Positions 38,404-46,223 of a stretch of DNA of 64,000 bases are shown in pieces. The first letter of the stretch is position 1. Every line of letters begins with the position of its first letter. The stretch is from Candidatus Limnocylindria bacterium (lineage in GTDB: Bacteria; Chloroflexota; Limnocylindria; QHBO01), in NCBI GenBank assembly GCA_036556695.1, contig DATBIY010000047.1, forward strand, positions 12,809 to 76,808, written 5' to 3'. A program made the translations under genes and the position numbers. The notes under the pieces are model-generated. The model was not told the DNA's origin. It did not search any database and was given only the letters and a program-made list of their open reading frames with translations.

Positions 38404-39417
38404 ATGTCATCGCCGCGCCGCGCCCTCCCGTTGATACTCCTGGTGACCCTGCTGGTTGCCTGCACCCCGTCCTCGCAGTCGACGGCGTCGGCCAGCGCCG
38501 TCGCCTCCTCCGGCGGCCTGCGCTCGGTGCGTCTGCTGCTGGGCTTCCAGCCGGACGTGCAGTTCGCGCCGTTCTACATGGCGCAGCAGGCCGGCTACTT
38601 CCGCGACGCGGGACTGGAGGTGACCATCGAGTACAGCGACGACGTGCTGCGCCTGGTCGCGGACGGACAGGCACAGGTGGGTGTGGCCGATGCCACCGAC
38701 GTGATGATCGGCCGCACCGCCGGCATCCCCATCCGCTACGTCGCGACGCTGTACAAGCGCTTCCCGGTGGCGCTGATCGGGGCGCCGGAAACGGTGCCGG
38801 CGGATCCCGCGGACCTGGGCGGGCTGCGGATCGGCACCCCGGGACGCTTCGGCTCGTCGTGGCATGCCCTGGTGGCGCTGCTCGATGCCGGCGGGCTCAG
38901 CCCGGACGACGTCACCATCCGCGAGTACCCACAGTTCAACCAGGTGGAGGGGCTGCTCAACCGCGACGTGGACCTGATCACCGGCTTCGTGGCCAACGAG
39001 CCGCTGCGCCTGCGAGCCCAGGGCTTGGAGCCAGCGCTCATGACGGTCGACGAGTTCGCGCCGCTGCCCGGTCCGGGCGTCGTGGCTGGCGACGCGCTGC
39101 TGGAAGACGATCCAGAGCTGGTTGCGGCGTTTGCCGGCGCAGTCGTTCGCGCCCAGGAGGAGATCGCCGCGGACCCGGAACGCGGCATGGAGGCCGCCAT
39201 CGCCGAGGTCCCCGCCATCGCCGAGGACCGCGCAACTGCCCGCGCCGTGCTGAACGCGACCATCGAGGTATGGGATGCGCCGTTTTCCGGCGCGGTAATC
39301 CGCGACGTGTGGGACCAGGGCTACGAGACGATGCGTCGCCTGGCGTTCATCGATGGCTCGGTGCCGGTGGAGGACATGTACGACGTCACCGTCATGGGGG
39401 TGACGGACCCCCTCTAG
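38404..39417 (+). CDS. ABC substrate-binding lipoprotein, NMT1/THI5-like (SsuA/ThiY-like)
   Basis: Signal peptide with an LLVAC lipobox. NMT1-type fold residues. Confidence 0.8.
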   Translation: MSSPRRALPLILLVTLLVACTPSSQSTASASAVASSGGLRSVRLLLGFQPDVQFAPFYMAQQAGYFRDAGLEVTIEYSDDVLRLVADGQAQVGVADATDVMIGRTAGIPIRYVATLYKRFPVALIGAPETVPADPADLGGLRIGTPGRFGSSWHALVALLDAGGLSPDDVTIREYPQFNQVEGLLNRDVDLITGFVANEPLRLRAQGLEPALMTVDEFAPLPGPGVVAGDALLEDDPELVAAFAGAVVRAQEEIAADPERGMEAAIAEVPAIAEDRATARAVLNATIEVWDAPFSGAVIRDVWDQGYETMRRLAFIDGSVPVEDMYDVTVMGVTDPL

Positions 39418-39426
39418 GCGCTGCGC

Positions 39427-40335
39427 CTAGCGCTCGGTCGGCTGTTCGCTCCGCACCGGCATGGCCTCGGTCCACGGATCGCCATCGCCCACGCTGCGCT
39501 CGGCGGCCTGCACCGTCTGCTCCAGCAGCATCATGGTGGTCACCGGCCCGACGCCGCCCGGCACCGGGGTGATGGCGCGCACCACCGGGCGCAGCGCCGC
39601 GGTGTCGGCGTCGCCGACGATGCCGGCCGGGGTGGTGTTGATGCCGCAGTCGATGACCACCGCCGAGCGGTTGACCATCTCGGAGCGGATGAGGCCCGGC
39701 TGACCGGCGGCCGCCACAAGGATCTCGGCGCGACGCGTCTCGCGGGCGAGGTTGCGCGTACGCCGATGGGTGACCACCACGGTCGCGTCCGCCTGGAGCA
39801 GCAGGCCGGCGACCGGTCGCCCGACCACCGCCGAGCGTCCGACGACCACCGCACGCTTGCCGGCGACCGGGATCTGGTACGTGCGCAGGATGGCCATCAC
39901 CGCCAGCGCGGTGGCCGGCACGAAGGCACGGTCGCCGCGCGCCAGTCGTCCGGCATTCAGCGGGGTCGCGCCGTCGACGTCCTTGCCGGGGTCGATGAGC
40001 GCCACCACCGCCCCAGGATCGAGGTTGAGGGGCATCGGCTGGGCCAGCACGATCCCGCTGACCGACGGGTCGCGGTTCAGCGCGCCGATCCGTGCCGCCA
40101 GGTCGCTGAGCTGCACGCCCGCCGGCGGCACGATGTCGAGCGGCTCGATGCCGACGCTGCGCGCCGCCCGCGCCAGGCTGGCGGCATACACTGCCGAGGG
40201 GCCGCTCTCCTCGAAGCGCACCACAGCCAGCCGCGGCCGCGTTCCCGTTCGGTCCGCCAGGGTAGTTAGCCGCTCGCTCAGCTCACGCCAGATGCGCGAG
40301 GCGACCACCCGCCCGTCGAGCAGCTTCGCGCTCAC
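39427..40335 (-). CDS. folD: Bifunctional 5,10-methylene-THF dehydrogenase / 5,10-methenyl-THF cyclohydrolase
   Basis: The N-terminus [10 protein letters not shown] is FolD-typical and PGGVGPVT is the family signature. The start overlaps the upstream cyclodeaminase stop by 4 nt. Confidence 0.95.
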   Translation of the reverse strand: MSAKLLDGRVVASRIWRELSERLTTLADRTGTRPRLAVVRFEESGPSAVYAASLARAARSVGIEPLDIVPPAGVQLSDLAARIGALNRDPSVSGIVLAQPMPLNLDPGAVVALIDPGKDVDGATPLNAGRLARGDRAFVPATALAVMAILRTYQIPVAGKRAVVVGRSAVVGRPVAGLLLQADATVVVTHRRTRNLARETRRAEILVAAAGQPGLIRSEMVNRSAVVIDCGINTTPAGIVGDADTAALRPVVRAITPVPGGVGPVTTMMLLEQTVQAAERSVGDGDPWTEAMPVRSEQPTER

Positions 40336-40985
40336 GAAGGCCTGATCCTCCGGTCGACCACGACCGTGGCCTCTTCCTCGGCCGCCGCAGCTAGCCTCGC
40401 CAGCCGCTCAAGCTCCGCCGGCGCGCTGGCACGGAGCGGCTCATCCGCCGCCAGGTAGGGCAGGTTGATCTGCACGTTCAGGATGGCGCCGCGCACCGCG
40501 GCTCTCGCCAGCAACGCCGCGACGCCGGCATCGCTGGCTGCGTTCGGGTTGCCGATGGGCGCGATGGCCCGCGCCAGCTCCACGACCTCGGCAGCCACCT
40601 GTGCGGCACGCAACGGCGCGTCGGCGGCCGCGACCATCGCGCGGGCCAGCTGTTGGCTGCGTGCCTGGCGCTGCTCGTCCGTCTCACGGGGCAGCCGGCG
40701 CGCCTCGACGACAGCGGCATACGCGCGCGAGTCCTCGTCGGCCAGGTCCAGCAGACGATCGCGCGCCTCGACGGCCGCGTCGCGGAGGCGCGTCAGCTCC
40801 TCGTGGTGATCGGCGGCATCCGGACGGCCGATGGTCAGCTCGGCGACCATCGAGACCAGGGACGCACCCATGGCGCCGGCCAGTGCGGCGGCCGATCCGC
40901 CGCCGGGAATCGGCTCGCGGGTGGCCAGGCGGTGGGTCAGCTCCCGGAGGGAAAGCTCATTCAGGCTGGTGGTCGGGTCCTCCAC
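40332..40985 (-). CDS. Formimidoyl-THF cyclodeaminase (FTCD C-terminal domain / FchA-like)
   Basis: The REPIPGGGSAAALAGAMGASLVSMVAELTIG motif is characteristic. GTG start at 40985. The upstream part of ORF 40332..41165 overlaps the small-protein gene. Confidence 0.8.
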   Translation of the reverse strand: MEDPTTSLNELSLRELTHRLATREPIPGGGSAAALAGAMGASLVSMVAELTIGRPDAADHHEELTRLRDAAVEARDRLLDLADEDSRAYAAVVEARRLPRETDEQRQARSQQLARAMVAAADAPLRAAQVAAEVVELARAIAPIGNPNAASDAGVAALLARAAVRGAILNVQINLPYLAADEPLRASAPAELERLARLAAAAEEEATVVVDRRIRPS

Positions 40986-41025
40986 TGGCGAGGGTCTCGT
41001 ACGCCTCGCCGCGGAGATTGTAGGG

Positions 41026-41286
41026 CTACGCCGCCTGGTCCAGCGCCTCCACGAACCAGCGACGCGCTCGGCCGTCGAAGACGAGCGAGGCCTGACCGGC
41101 ATCCGTCTCGACCAGGAAGGTGATGCGCGGGCCGCGATCCGCCGGATAGGCAGCCGTCTCGTCACGAACCGACTCGAGCCCGCGCACCGTGAGCTGGCGC
41201 TCTCCCATCTGGACGGAGAGCGGCCGCGCCTGCCGGCGATCCCAGCGGACGCGGGCGGGGGTGGGGGTGATCTTGGTGAGTGCCAT
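41026..41286 (-). CDS. Uncharacterised 86-aa protein, LexA-box controlled (candidate SOS-induced protein)
   Basis: High GC3, no TM helix. The ATG is preceded by a GGAG and by two SOS boxes flanking a TATAGT -10 element. Confidence 0.6.
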   Translation of the reverse strand: MALTKITPTPARVRWDRRQARPLSVQMGERQLTVRGLESVRDETAAYPADRGPRITFLVETDAGQASLVFDGRARRWFVEALDQAA

Positions 41287-41299
41287 GACCCTGGGCTCC

Positions 41300-41315
41300 A
41301 GAACAGGTGTTCGAA
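41300..41315. promoter_or_regulatory. LexA (SOS/Cheo-type) box aGAACAGGTGTTCGaa, 15 nt upstream of the small-protein start
   Basis: Perfect GAAC-N4-GTTC palindrome matching the Gram-positive/actinobacterial LexA consensus CGAAC-N4-GTTCG. Confidence 0.7.
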
Positions 41316-41330
41316 TAGGGCGCCACTATA

Positions 41331-41344
41331 CGAACAGGCGTTCT
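41331..41344. promoter_or_regulatory. Second LexA box CGAACAGGCGTTCT. Identical to the box upstream of lexA.
   Basis: Same 14-mer as at 44463-44476. A TATAGT -10-like hexamer sits between the two boxes on the minus strand. Confidence 0.7.
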
Positions 41345-41350
41345 AGTCTG

Positions 41351-42562
41351 TCAATCCTCAATTTCGGCCGATGGCGCGTCAGGCCGTTCGCCGAAATCCG
41401 GCCGACGACGGTCGCGGTGGCCCACCAGCCGCGCACGGGTGATGGCCTTCTCACCGAACCGCTCGCGCACCGCGTCGATCGACTGCGCGATGCGATCGGT
41501 CCGGTCCGGCGCGTCGAACAGGGTCAGCTGCTGAACGTTCGACAGGTTGATGGCCGTCAGGCCGATCAGTCGCACCGCGCGGTCGTCGTTCAGCGCCTTG
41601 CGCAGCAGGCTCACGCCCATCTCGTACAGCGGCTCAGAGTCGCGGACCTGGTGGCCCAGCGGCGCCTGGCGGGTGATGGTGTCGAAGCCCTCGTAGCGCA
41701 GCTTGAGCTGCACGGCGCCGGCGGCCAGGTCGTGGTGACGCAGCCGGCTGGCCACCGACTCCGCCAGGTCGAGCAGCGTCGCCTCCAGGCGGGCCGGGTC
41801 GGTGACGTCGTGGTCGAAGGTCAGCTCGTGGCCTACCGACTTCGGCGCCTGGCCGGAGCTGACGCGCGACGGGTCCACGCCCTGTGCGCGGAGGCGCAGG
41901 TCCAGCCCGTGGATCCCGAACCTGCGACGCAGCGTGCCTTCCGGCAGCGCCGCCAGCTGGCCGATGGTGGTCACGCCGTAGTCAGACAGCGCCTGCCGCG
42001 ACTGCGGACCCACGCCCCACAGCCTGGTCACCGGCAGCGGTGCCAGGAACTCCGCTTCGCCGCCGGGCGGCACCACCACCAGCGCGTCGGGCTTGCGCAG
42101 GTCGGACGCCACCTTGGCGCACAGCTTGTTGGTAGCCACGCCGACGCTGACCACGAGCCCCACCTCGTCGAGAACGCGCCGCTTGAGCTGACGCGCGATC
42201 GTCTCGCCGTTGCCAAAGGCCGCGCGGCTGGCGGTGACATCCATGAAGGCCTCGTCCAGGCTGATGGGCTCCACCAGCGGCGTGTAGCTGGCGAAGATGC
42301 GCATCACCTGGCGGCTCAGCTCGCGATAGCGGTCGAAGCGGCCGGGCAGGAAGACGCCACCGGGGCACAGCCGCTGGGCGGTGCGCAGCGGCATGGCGGA
42401 GTGCACCCCGAACCTGCGCGCTTCGTACGACGCGGCGCTGACCACGCCGCGCGCATTCGGGTCGCCGCCAACGATCACCGGCTTTCCCCGCAACGCGGGG
42501 TTGTCCAGGATCTCGACGCTGGCGTAGAAGGCGTCCAGGTCGGCATGCAGGATTGTGCGCAT
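41351..42562 (-). CDS. dinB: DNA polymerase IV (Y-family translesion polymerase)
   Basis: N-terminus ILHADLDAFYASVE with the catalytic aspartates. SLDEAFMDVT motif. The start is an internal ATG of ORF 41351..43162. Confidence 0.9.
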   Translation of the reverse strand: MRTILHADLDAFYASVEILDNPALRGKPVIVGGDPNARGVVSAASYEARRFGVHSAMPLRTAQRLCPGGVFLPGRFDRYRELSRQVMRIFASYTPLVEPISLDEAFMDVTASRAAFGNGETIARQLKRRVLDEVGLVVSVGVATNKLCAKVASDLRKPDALVVVPPGGEAEFLAPLPVTRLWGVGPQSRQALSDYGVTTIGQLAALPEGTLRRRFGIHGLDLRLRAQGVDPSRVSSGQAPKSVGHELTFDHDVTDPARLEATLLDLAESVASRLRHHDLAAGAVQLKLRYEGFDTITRQAPLGHQVRDSEPLYEMGVSLLRKALNDDRAVRLIGLTAINLSNVQQLTLFDAPDRTDRIAQSIDAVRERFGEKAITRARLVGHRDRRRPDFGERPDAPSAEIED

Positions 42563-42575
42563 GACCGCCGTCGGG

Positions 42576-43730
42576 TCAGTCGGTGCCGGGGTAGCGGGCA
42601 TAGACGCCCTGAGCCAGCGATGGCAGCAGCCGTGCGGCCTCAGCCTCGAGAGCATCGCGGTCGGTGCTCGACAGGCGCCCGAACGGCCGCAGCTCGGCGT
42701 GCACGCTGCCATCCGCCCGACGCCGTGGCAGCCACGTGCCGGCCACCATGCCGTCCAGCAGAAATGTCGGCAGCACATCGGCATTCTTGGTGATGACGGT
42801 GGACTGGTGCTCGGGCGGCAGGATGCGGCGCCGGTGCCTGGTCCCGAACGCCAGCAGCACGCTGTCCCAGCGCGCCAGCAACCGGGGCGGGACGGGAGTG
42901 TCCGGTGCCGGCCGGGGTGCATCGGCCAGGTCAACCAGCTCGCGGCCGTCCTCATCGCTGAAGCGCACCAGCCGGTCGCCGAGTGTCTGCAGCGCCGCGC
43001 GCCAGCGGCTGACCGAGCCGTAGCGGCCAATGTAGGCCAGCAGGTCGTCGACGCTGGCCGGCCCGAACGCGGCCAGGTACACCTCCGCCAGGTGAGCGGC
43101 GGCCCGATCCCAGTCGCTGGCGTCGTCGTCTGGGGGCCCGAGCACGTCAGCGGCCGCCACATACCGCTGCCGGCCGTACCGTTCGTCGTCGATGGGCGCG
43201 TGGACGAGCTGCACCGCGCCGCTGAAGTGGCGCCACAGGCCGCGATTGGGCAGCCGCAGCCCGTTCAGTTCACTGGCAAGAATCGCCTCGATCTCGGAGA
43301 TGCCGCGCGGCTGCTCGCGCATGGCGGCCAGCACCGCTCCATGCGCCGTGTCGATCTGGCGACCGAGCCGCGACGTCTGTGGATCCTCCTTGAAGAGAAG
43401 GCGCCATTGGCGCTGACGGATGGGCAGGCTGAGGGTCGACATCGGCCATAGGTCGTCTGCGGCAACGATATGCACCGTCATCCGCATCAGCGACGCGCGA
43501 ACCACTGACCTGCGCCGGCGCGCGGCAACCAGGTCGGGCGGAGGACGGTCAGGGCGGCGCCGGGTGTGCAGGGCCAGCGCCGGCCAGTCCGGATGCTGCG
43601 CCTGAATCGAGCCGATGCGGTGGACGAGTGCGCCGAGCGAGCGGTGCTCCAGCCCGCCGAGCAGCCCCTGCCGCGCCAGGGTGGCGCGGTTCAGCTCAGG
43701 CTGGCTGAGGACCTGCGACGTCGGCGGCAT
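42576..43730 (-). CDS. Winged-helix YcaQ/AlkZ-like protein (DUF1006), putative interstrand-crosslink DNA glycosylase
   Basis: N-terminal RATLARQGLL motif and family-typical length. Lies between lexA and dinB with intergenic gaps of 15 and 13 nt. Confidence 0.75.
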   Translation of the reverse strand: MPPTSQVLSQPELNRATLARQGLLGGLEHRSLGALVHRIGSIQAQHPDWPALALHTRRRPDRPPPDLVAARRRRSVVRASLMRMTVHIVAADDLWPMSTLSLPIRQRQWRLLFKEDPQTSRLGRQIDTAHGAVLAAMREQPRGISEIEAILASELNGLRLPNRGLWRHFSGAVQLVHAPIDDERYGRQRYVAAADVLGPPDDDASDWDRAAAHLAEVYLAAFGPASVDDLLAYIGRYGSVSRWRAALQTLGDRLVRFSDEDGRELVDLADAPRPAPDTPVPPRLLARWDSVLLAFGTRHRRRILPPEHQSTVITKNADVLPTFLLDGMVAGTWLPRRRADGSVHAELRPFGRLSSTDRDALEAEAARLLPSLAQGVYARYPGTD

Positions 43731-43745
43731 GTGCCAGTCCGGCGA

Positions 43746-44426
43746 TCAGCCGAGCTTGCGGATGACTCCGACGACCTTACCCTGGATCTGGACCTCGGTG
43801 GCGTAGATCGGTTCCATCTCCGCGTTGGCCGGCTGGAGGCGGATGCGGTCCTCTTCGCGGAAGAAGCGCTTGAGCGTGACGCCGTTGTCTTCCAGCAACG
43901 CAACCACGATGTCGCCGTCGCGCGCAGTGGCCTGCGGCTGCACCACGACGTAGTCGCCGTCGTCGATCAGCGCGTCGATCATGCTCTTGCCGCGAACCCG
44001 GAGCACGTAGCTGTCGTCGCGCGCCTGCATGGAGCGCGGCACGTCGAGGGACTCGGCGCCGTCAGCGTACGCCTCGATGGGCTGGCCGGCAGCGATCTCG
44101 CCGAGCACCGGCAGTGCCAGCACGTCGTGCTCGACCGGCATGCGGAAGGGGGTGATGCGGCCCATGCCCGCAGGCTGCCGTCGAGCCGGCTGCTCCGTCT
44201 CAGCCTCGGCCCGAGTGGTGAGCCGCAGGGCCCGAGAGGAGCGCGATCCGCGCTCGAGCATGCCTTCGCGCTCCAGGGCAATCAGGTGATGATGGACGGC
44301 CGATGGCGAGGCCAGCCCCACCGCGTCCGCGATCTCCCTGACCGACGGCGGGTAGCCGCGCTCGGCGACGGTCCGGGCGATGAACTCGACGATCTTCTGC
44401 TTGCGTTCGGCATCGTGCCGCGTCAT
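43746..44426 (-). CDS. lexA: LexA repressor
   Basis: N-terminal wHTH (PSVREIADAVGLASPSAVHHHL). Ala-Gly cleavage site. S24 peptidase Ser/Lys (VRGKSM). Confidence 0.95.
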   Translation of the reverse strand: MTRHDAERKQKIVEFIARTVAERGYPPSVREIADAVGLASPSAVHHHLIALEREGMLERGSRSSRALRLTTRAEAETEQPARRQPAGMGRITPFRMPVEHDVLALPVLGEIAAGQPIEAYADGAESLDVPRSMQARDDSYVLRVRGKSMIDALIDDGDYVVVQPQATARDGDIVVALLEDNGVTLKRFFREEDRIRLQPANAEMEPIYATEVQIQGKVVGVIRKLG

Positions 44427-44462
44427 GGCACGCCCTCTCTACAGCGGGTGCGCCGATGCTAG

Positions 44463-44476
44463 CGAACAGGCGTTCT
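44463..44476. promoter_or_regulatory. LexA box CGAACAGGCGTTCT in the divergent lexA / DUF1232 promoter region
   Basis: Palindrome 37 nt upstream of the lexA ATG and 67 nt upstream of the DUF1232 GTG. Confidence 0.75.
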
Positions 44477-44542
44477 ATTGTCAACCAAAATCCGACGCGC
44501 TGCTATCATCCGCGCTCACCCGACACCTGCGGAGGCCTTGGC

Positions 44543-45085
44543 GTGAACGTCACCGGCCGCCTGCGCTACCTGCGCCTGGCGCGTCTCATCTGGAAGCTCC
44601 CGACCTACGCGCGCGTGGTCTGGGGGCTGATGCGCGACCCGCGGACGCCACTGCCCCTGAAGGGCCTGCTGGCAGCCGGATTGGCGTACGTCGTCGTGCC
44701 ACTGGACCTGGTGCCCGACGCGGTCCCCATCCTGGGCCAGGCGGACGACCTGACGGTGCTGCTCCTGGTGCTGGACCTGTTCATCGCCAACGCGCCGCGC
44801 AAGGTGCGCGAGGAGCAGATGCGACGCGCGCACGACGGCACCGCGCAGCTGGACCGAGACCTGGCGCGGCTCCGCGCGCTGATGGGCGACCGCTACGACC
44901 AGATCCGCGACCGCCTTCCGGAGCTGCTGGAGCGCTACGGAGACCTGCGTGATTCGCGGGCGGTCAAGGGCCTGCTGCGCGACTGGCGGCTGCGCCGGCT
45001 GCGCGGCGCGGCCGACGCTGAAGATGAGCCGATGCCGCCGGCGGCGACCACGCCGCAGGGTGCACACGACGCCGGGTTGAACTGA
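44543..45085 (+). CDS. DUF1232 (YkvA-like) membrane protein
   Basis: Motif LLAAGLAYVVVPLDLVPDAVPILGQADD. GTG start with a GGAGG sequence 7 nt upstream. Confidence 0.7.
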   Translation: MNVTGRLRYLRLARLIWKLPTYARVVWGLMRDPRTPLPLKGLLAAGLAYVVVPLDLVPDAVPILGQADDLTVLLLVLDLFIANAPRKVREEQMRRAHDGTAQLDRDLARLRALMGDRYDQIRDRLPELLERYGDLRDSRAVKGLLRDWRLRRLRGAADAEDEPMPPAATTPQGAHDAGLN

Positions 45086-45118
45086 GCCGGGCGAGCTGAG
45101 AAGGGAACGCACCACCAC

Positions 45119-45565
45119 ATGAAGGTCATCCTCAAGCACGACGTGAAGGGCCTCGGCCGAGCCGGCGACGTGAAGGACGTAAAGGACGGCTACGCCCGAA
45201 ACTTTCTGCTGCCAAACGGCGCGGCGGTCAAGGCCGATACCGGCGCCCTGAAGAATTGGGAGCGCCATCGCGCCGAGCGCGAGGAGCGGGATCGAACGGA
45301 ACGCGAGGAAGCGGAAGCGACCGCCGAGAAGCTGCGCGCGCTGAAGATCCAGATCCCGGTCAAGGCCGGCGAGAAGAACCGCCTCTTCGGCTCGGTCACC
45401 AATCGCGAAATCGCCGAGTTCATCGGCCGCGAGGGCATCGACGTCGACCGGCACGCCATCCATCTGCGCGAGCCGATCAAGACCGTCGGCGACCACCGGG
45501 TCGAGGTGCGCCTGCTGTCGGGCGTCGAGGCACAGGTGACCGTGACGGTCGTCCCCGCTCCGTAA
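45119..45565 (+). CDS. rplI: 50S ribosomal protein L9
   Basis: MKVILKHDVKGLGRAGDVKDVKDGYARNFLLP is the canonical L9 N-terminus. Confidence 0.95.
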   Translation: MKVILKHDVKGLGRAGDVKDVKDGYARNFLLPNGAAVKADTGALKNWERHRAEREERDRTEREEAEATAEKLRALKIQIPVKAGEKNRLFGSVTNREIAEFIGREGIDVDRHAIHLREPIKTVGDHRVEVRLLSGVEAQVTVTVVPAP

Positions 45566-45963
45566 TGCAGGCCGCAGACGCCGCCCGGCGCTGGGCCGAC
45601 GTCTGGAAGCGCGCCTGGGAGGCGCGCGACAGCGAGGCGATCGTCGAGCTCTACCACCCCGACGTGGTGTTCTCGACGCAGCCCTTCCGCACCCCGTACC
45701 TGCGGCGCGCCGGCGTGCGCGAGTACGTCAGCCAGGCGTTCGCCGAAGAGCAGGGACCGCAAGTATGGGTCGGCCAGCCGATCGTCGAGGGTCAGCGGGC
45801 GGCCATCGAATGGTGGGCCGCGGTGACCGAGAACGGCCAGGAGATCACGTTGGCGGGGACATCGGTCCTGCGCTTCGACGCCGACGGGCTGGTGGTGGAG
45901 CAGCGCGATGCGTGGAACCAGGCCGATCGGCGCAGGGAGCCTCAAGAGGGCTGGGGCCGCTGA
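45565..45963 (+). CDS. SnoaL-like / NTF2-fold protein
   Basis: The start overlaps the rplI stop (TAATG). 132 aa with the conserved D/W/Y pattern of NTF2-like proteins. Confidence 0.6.
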   Translation: MQAADAARRWADVWKRAWEARDSEAIVELYHPDVVFSTQPFRTPYLRRAGVREYVSQAFAEEQGPQVWVGQPIVEGQRAAIEWWAAVTENGQEITLAGTSVLRFDADGLVVEQRDAWNQADRRREPQEGWGR

Positions 45964-45991
45964 TCGGCTGCCCGCAGAGGCGGGCGGGGAA

Positions 45992-46017
45992 GCGCGACAG
46001 CCAAGCTGTCGCGTTTC
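45992..46017 (+). terminator. Intrinsic terminator hairpin after rplI and the SnoaL gene
   Basis: GCGCGACAGC-caa-GCTGTCGCG followed by TTTC. Confidence 0.5.
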
Positions 46018-46223
46018 GGGCGGATGCTGCTCGCGTGTGGCGCAGATTGGGGATGCCGGCCTAATCCACAGGAACTGGCTGGTTATCCCCGACGACATTC
46101 GAAAGTTGTTGGCAACTCGGTCGCGGACGGAGGACAAATCGCGCCCCGTCGGCCGGCCGGTTCTATCGTCTGCGACAGGTCGCTTGACCCCTTGCCCGTC
46201 GTCCAGGCCGGTACCGAGATTCC

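Noticed and set aside
41026-41286. The small SOS ORF as a YneA/ChiZ/SulA-type division inhibitor, or as DinI
   Set aside because: It has no TM helix or LysM domain (required of YneA/ChiZ-type inhibitors). It shows no similarity to the SulA fold or to the acidic DinI sequence. It is left as an unknown SOS protein.
45964-46223. The rplI-dnaB intergenic region as a chromosomal origin (oriC)
   Set aside because: There are only two imperfect DnaA-box-like nonamers and no AT-rich DNA-unwinding element. dnaA and dnaN are not adjacent. A promoter-level DnaA site is more plausible.
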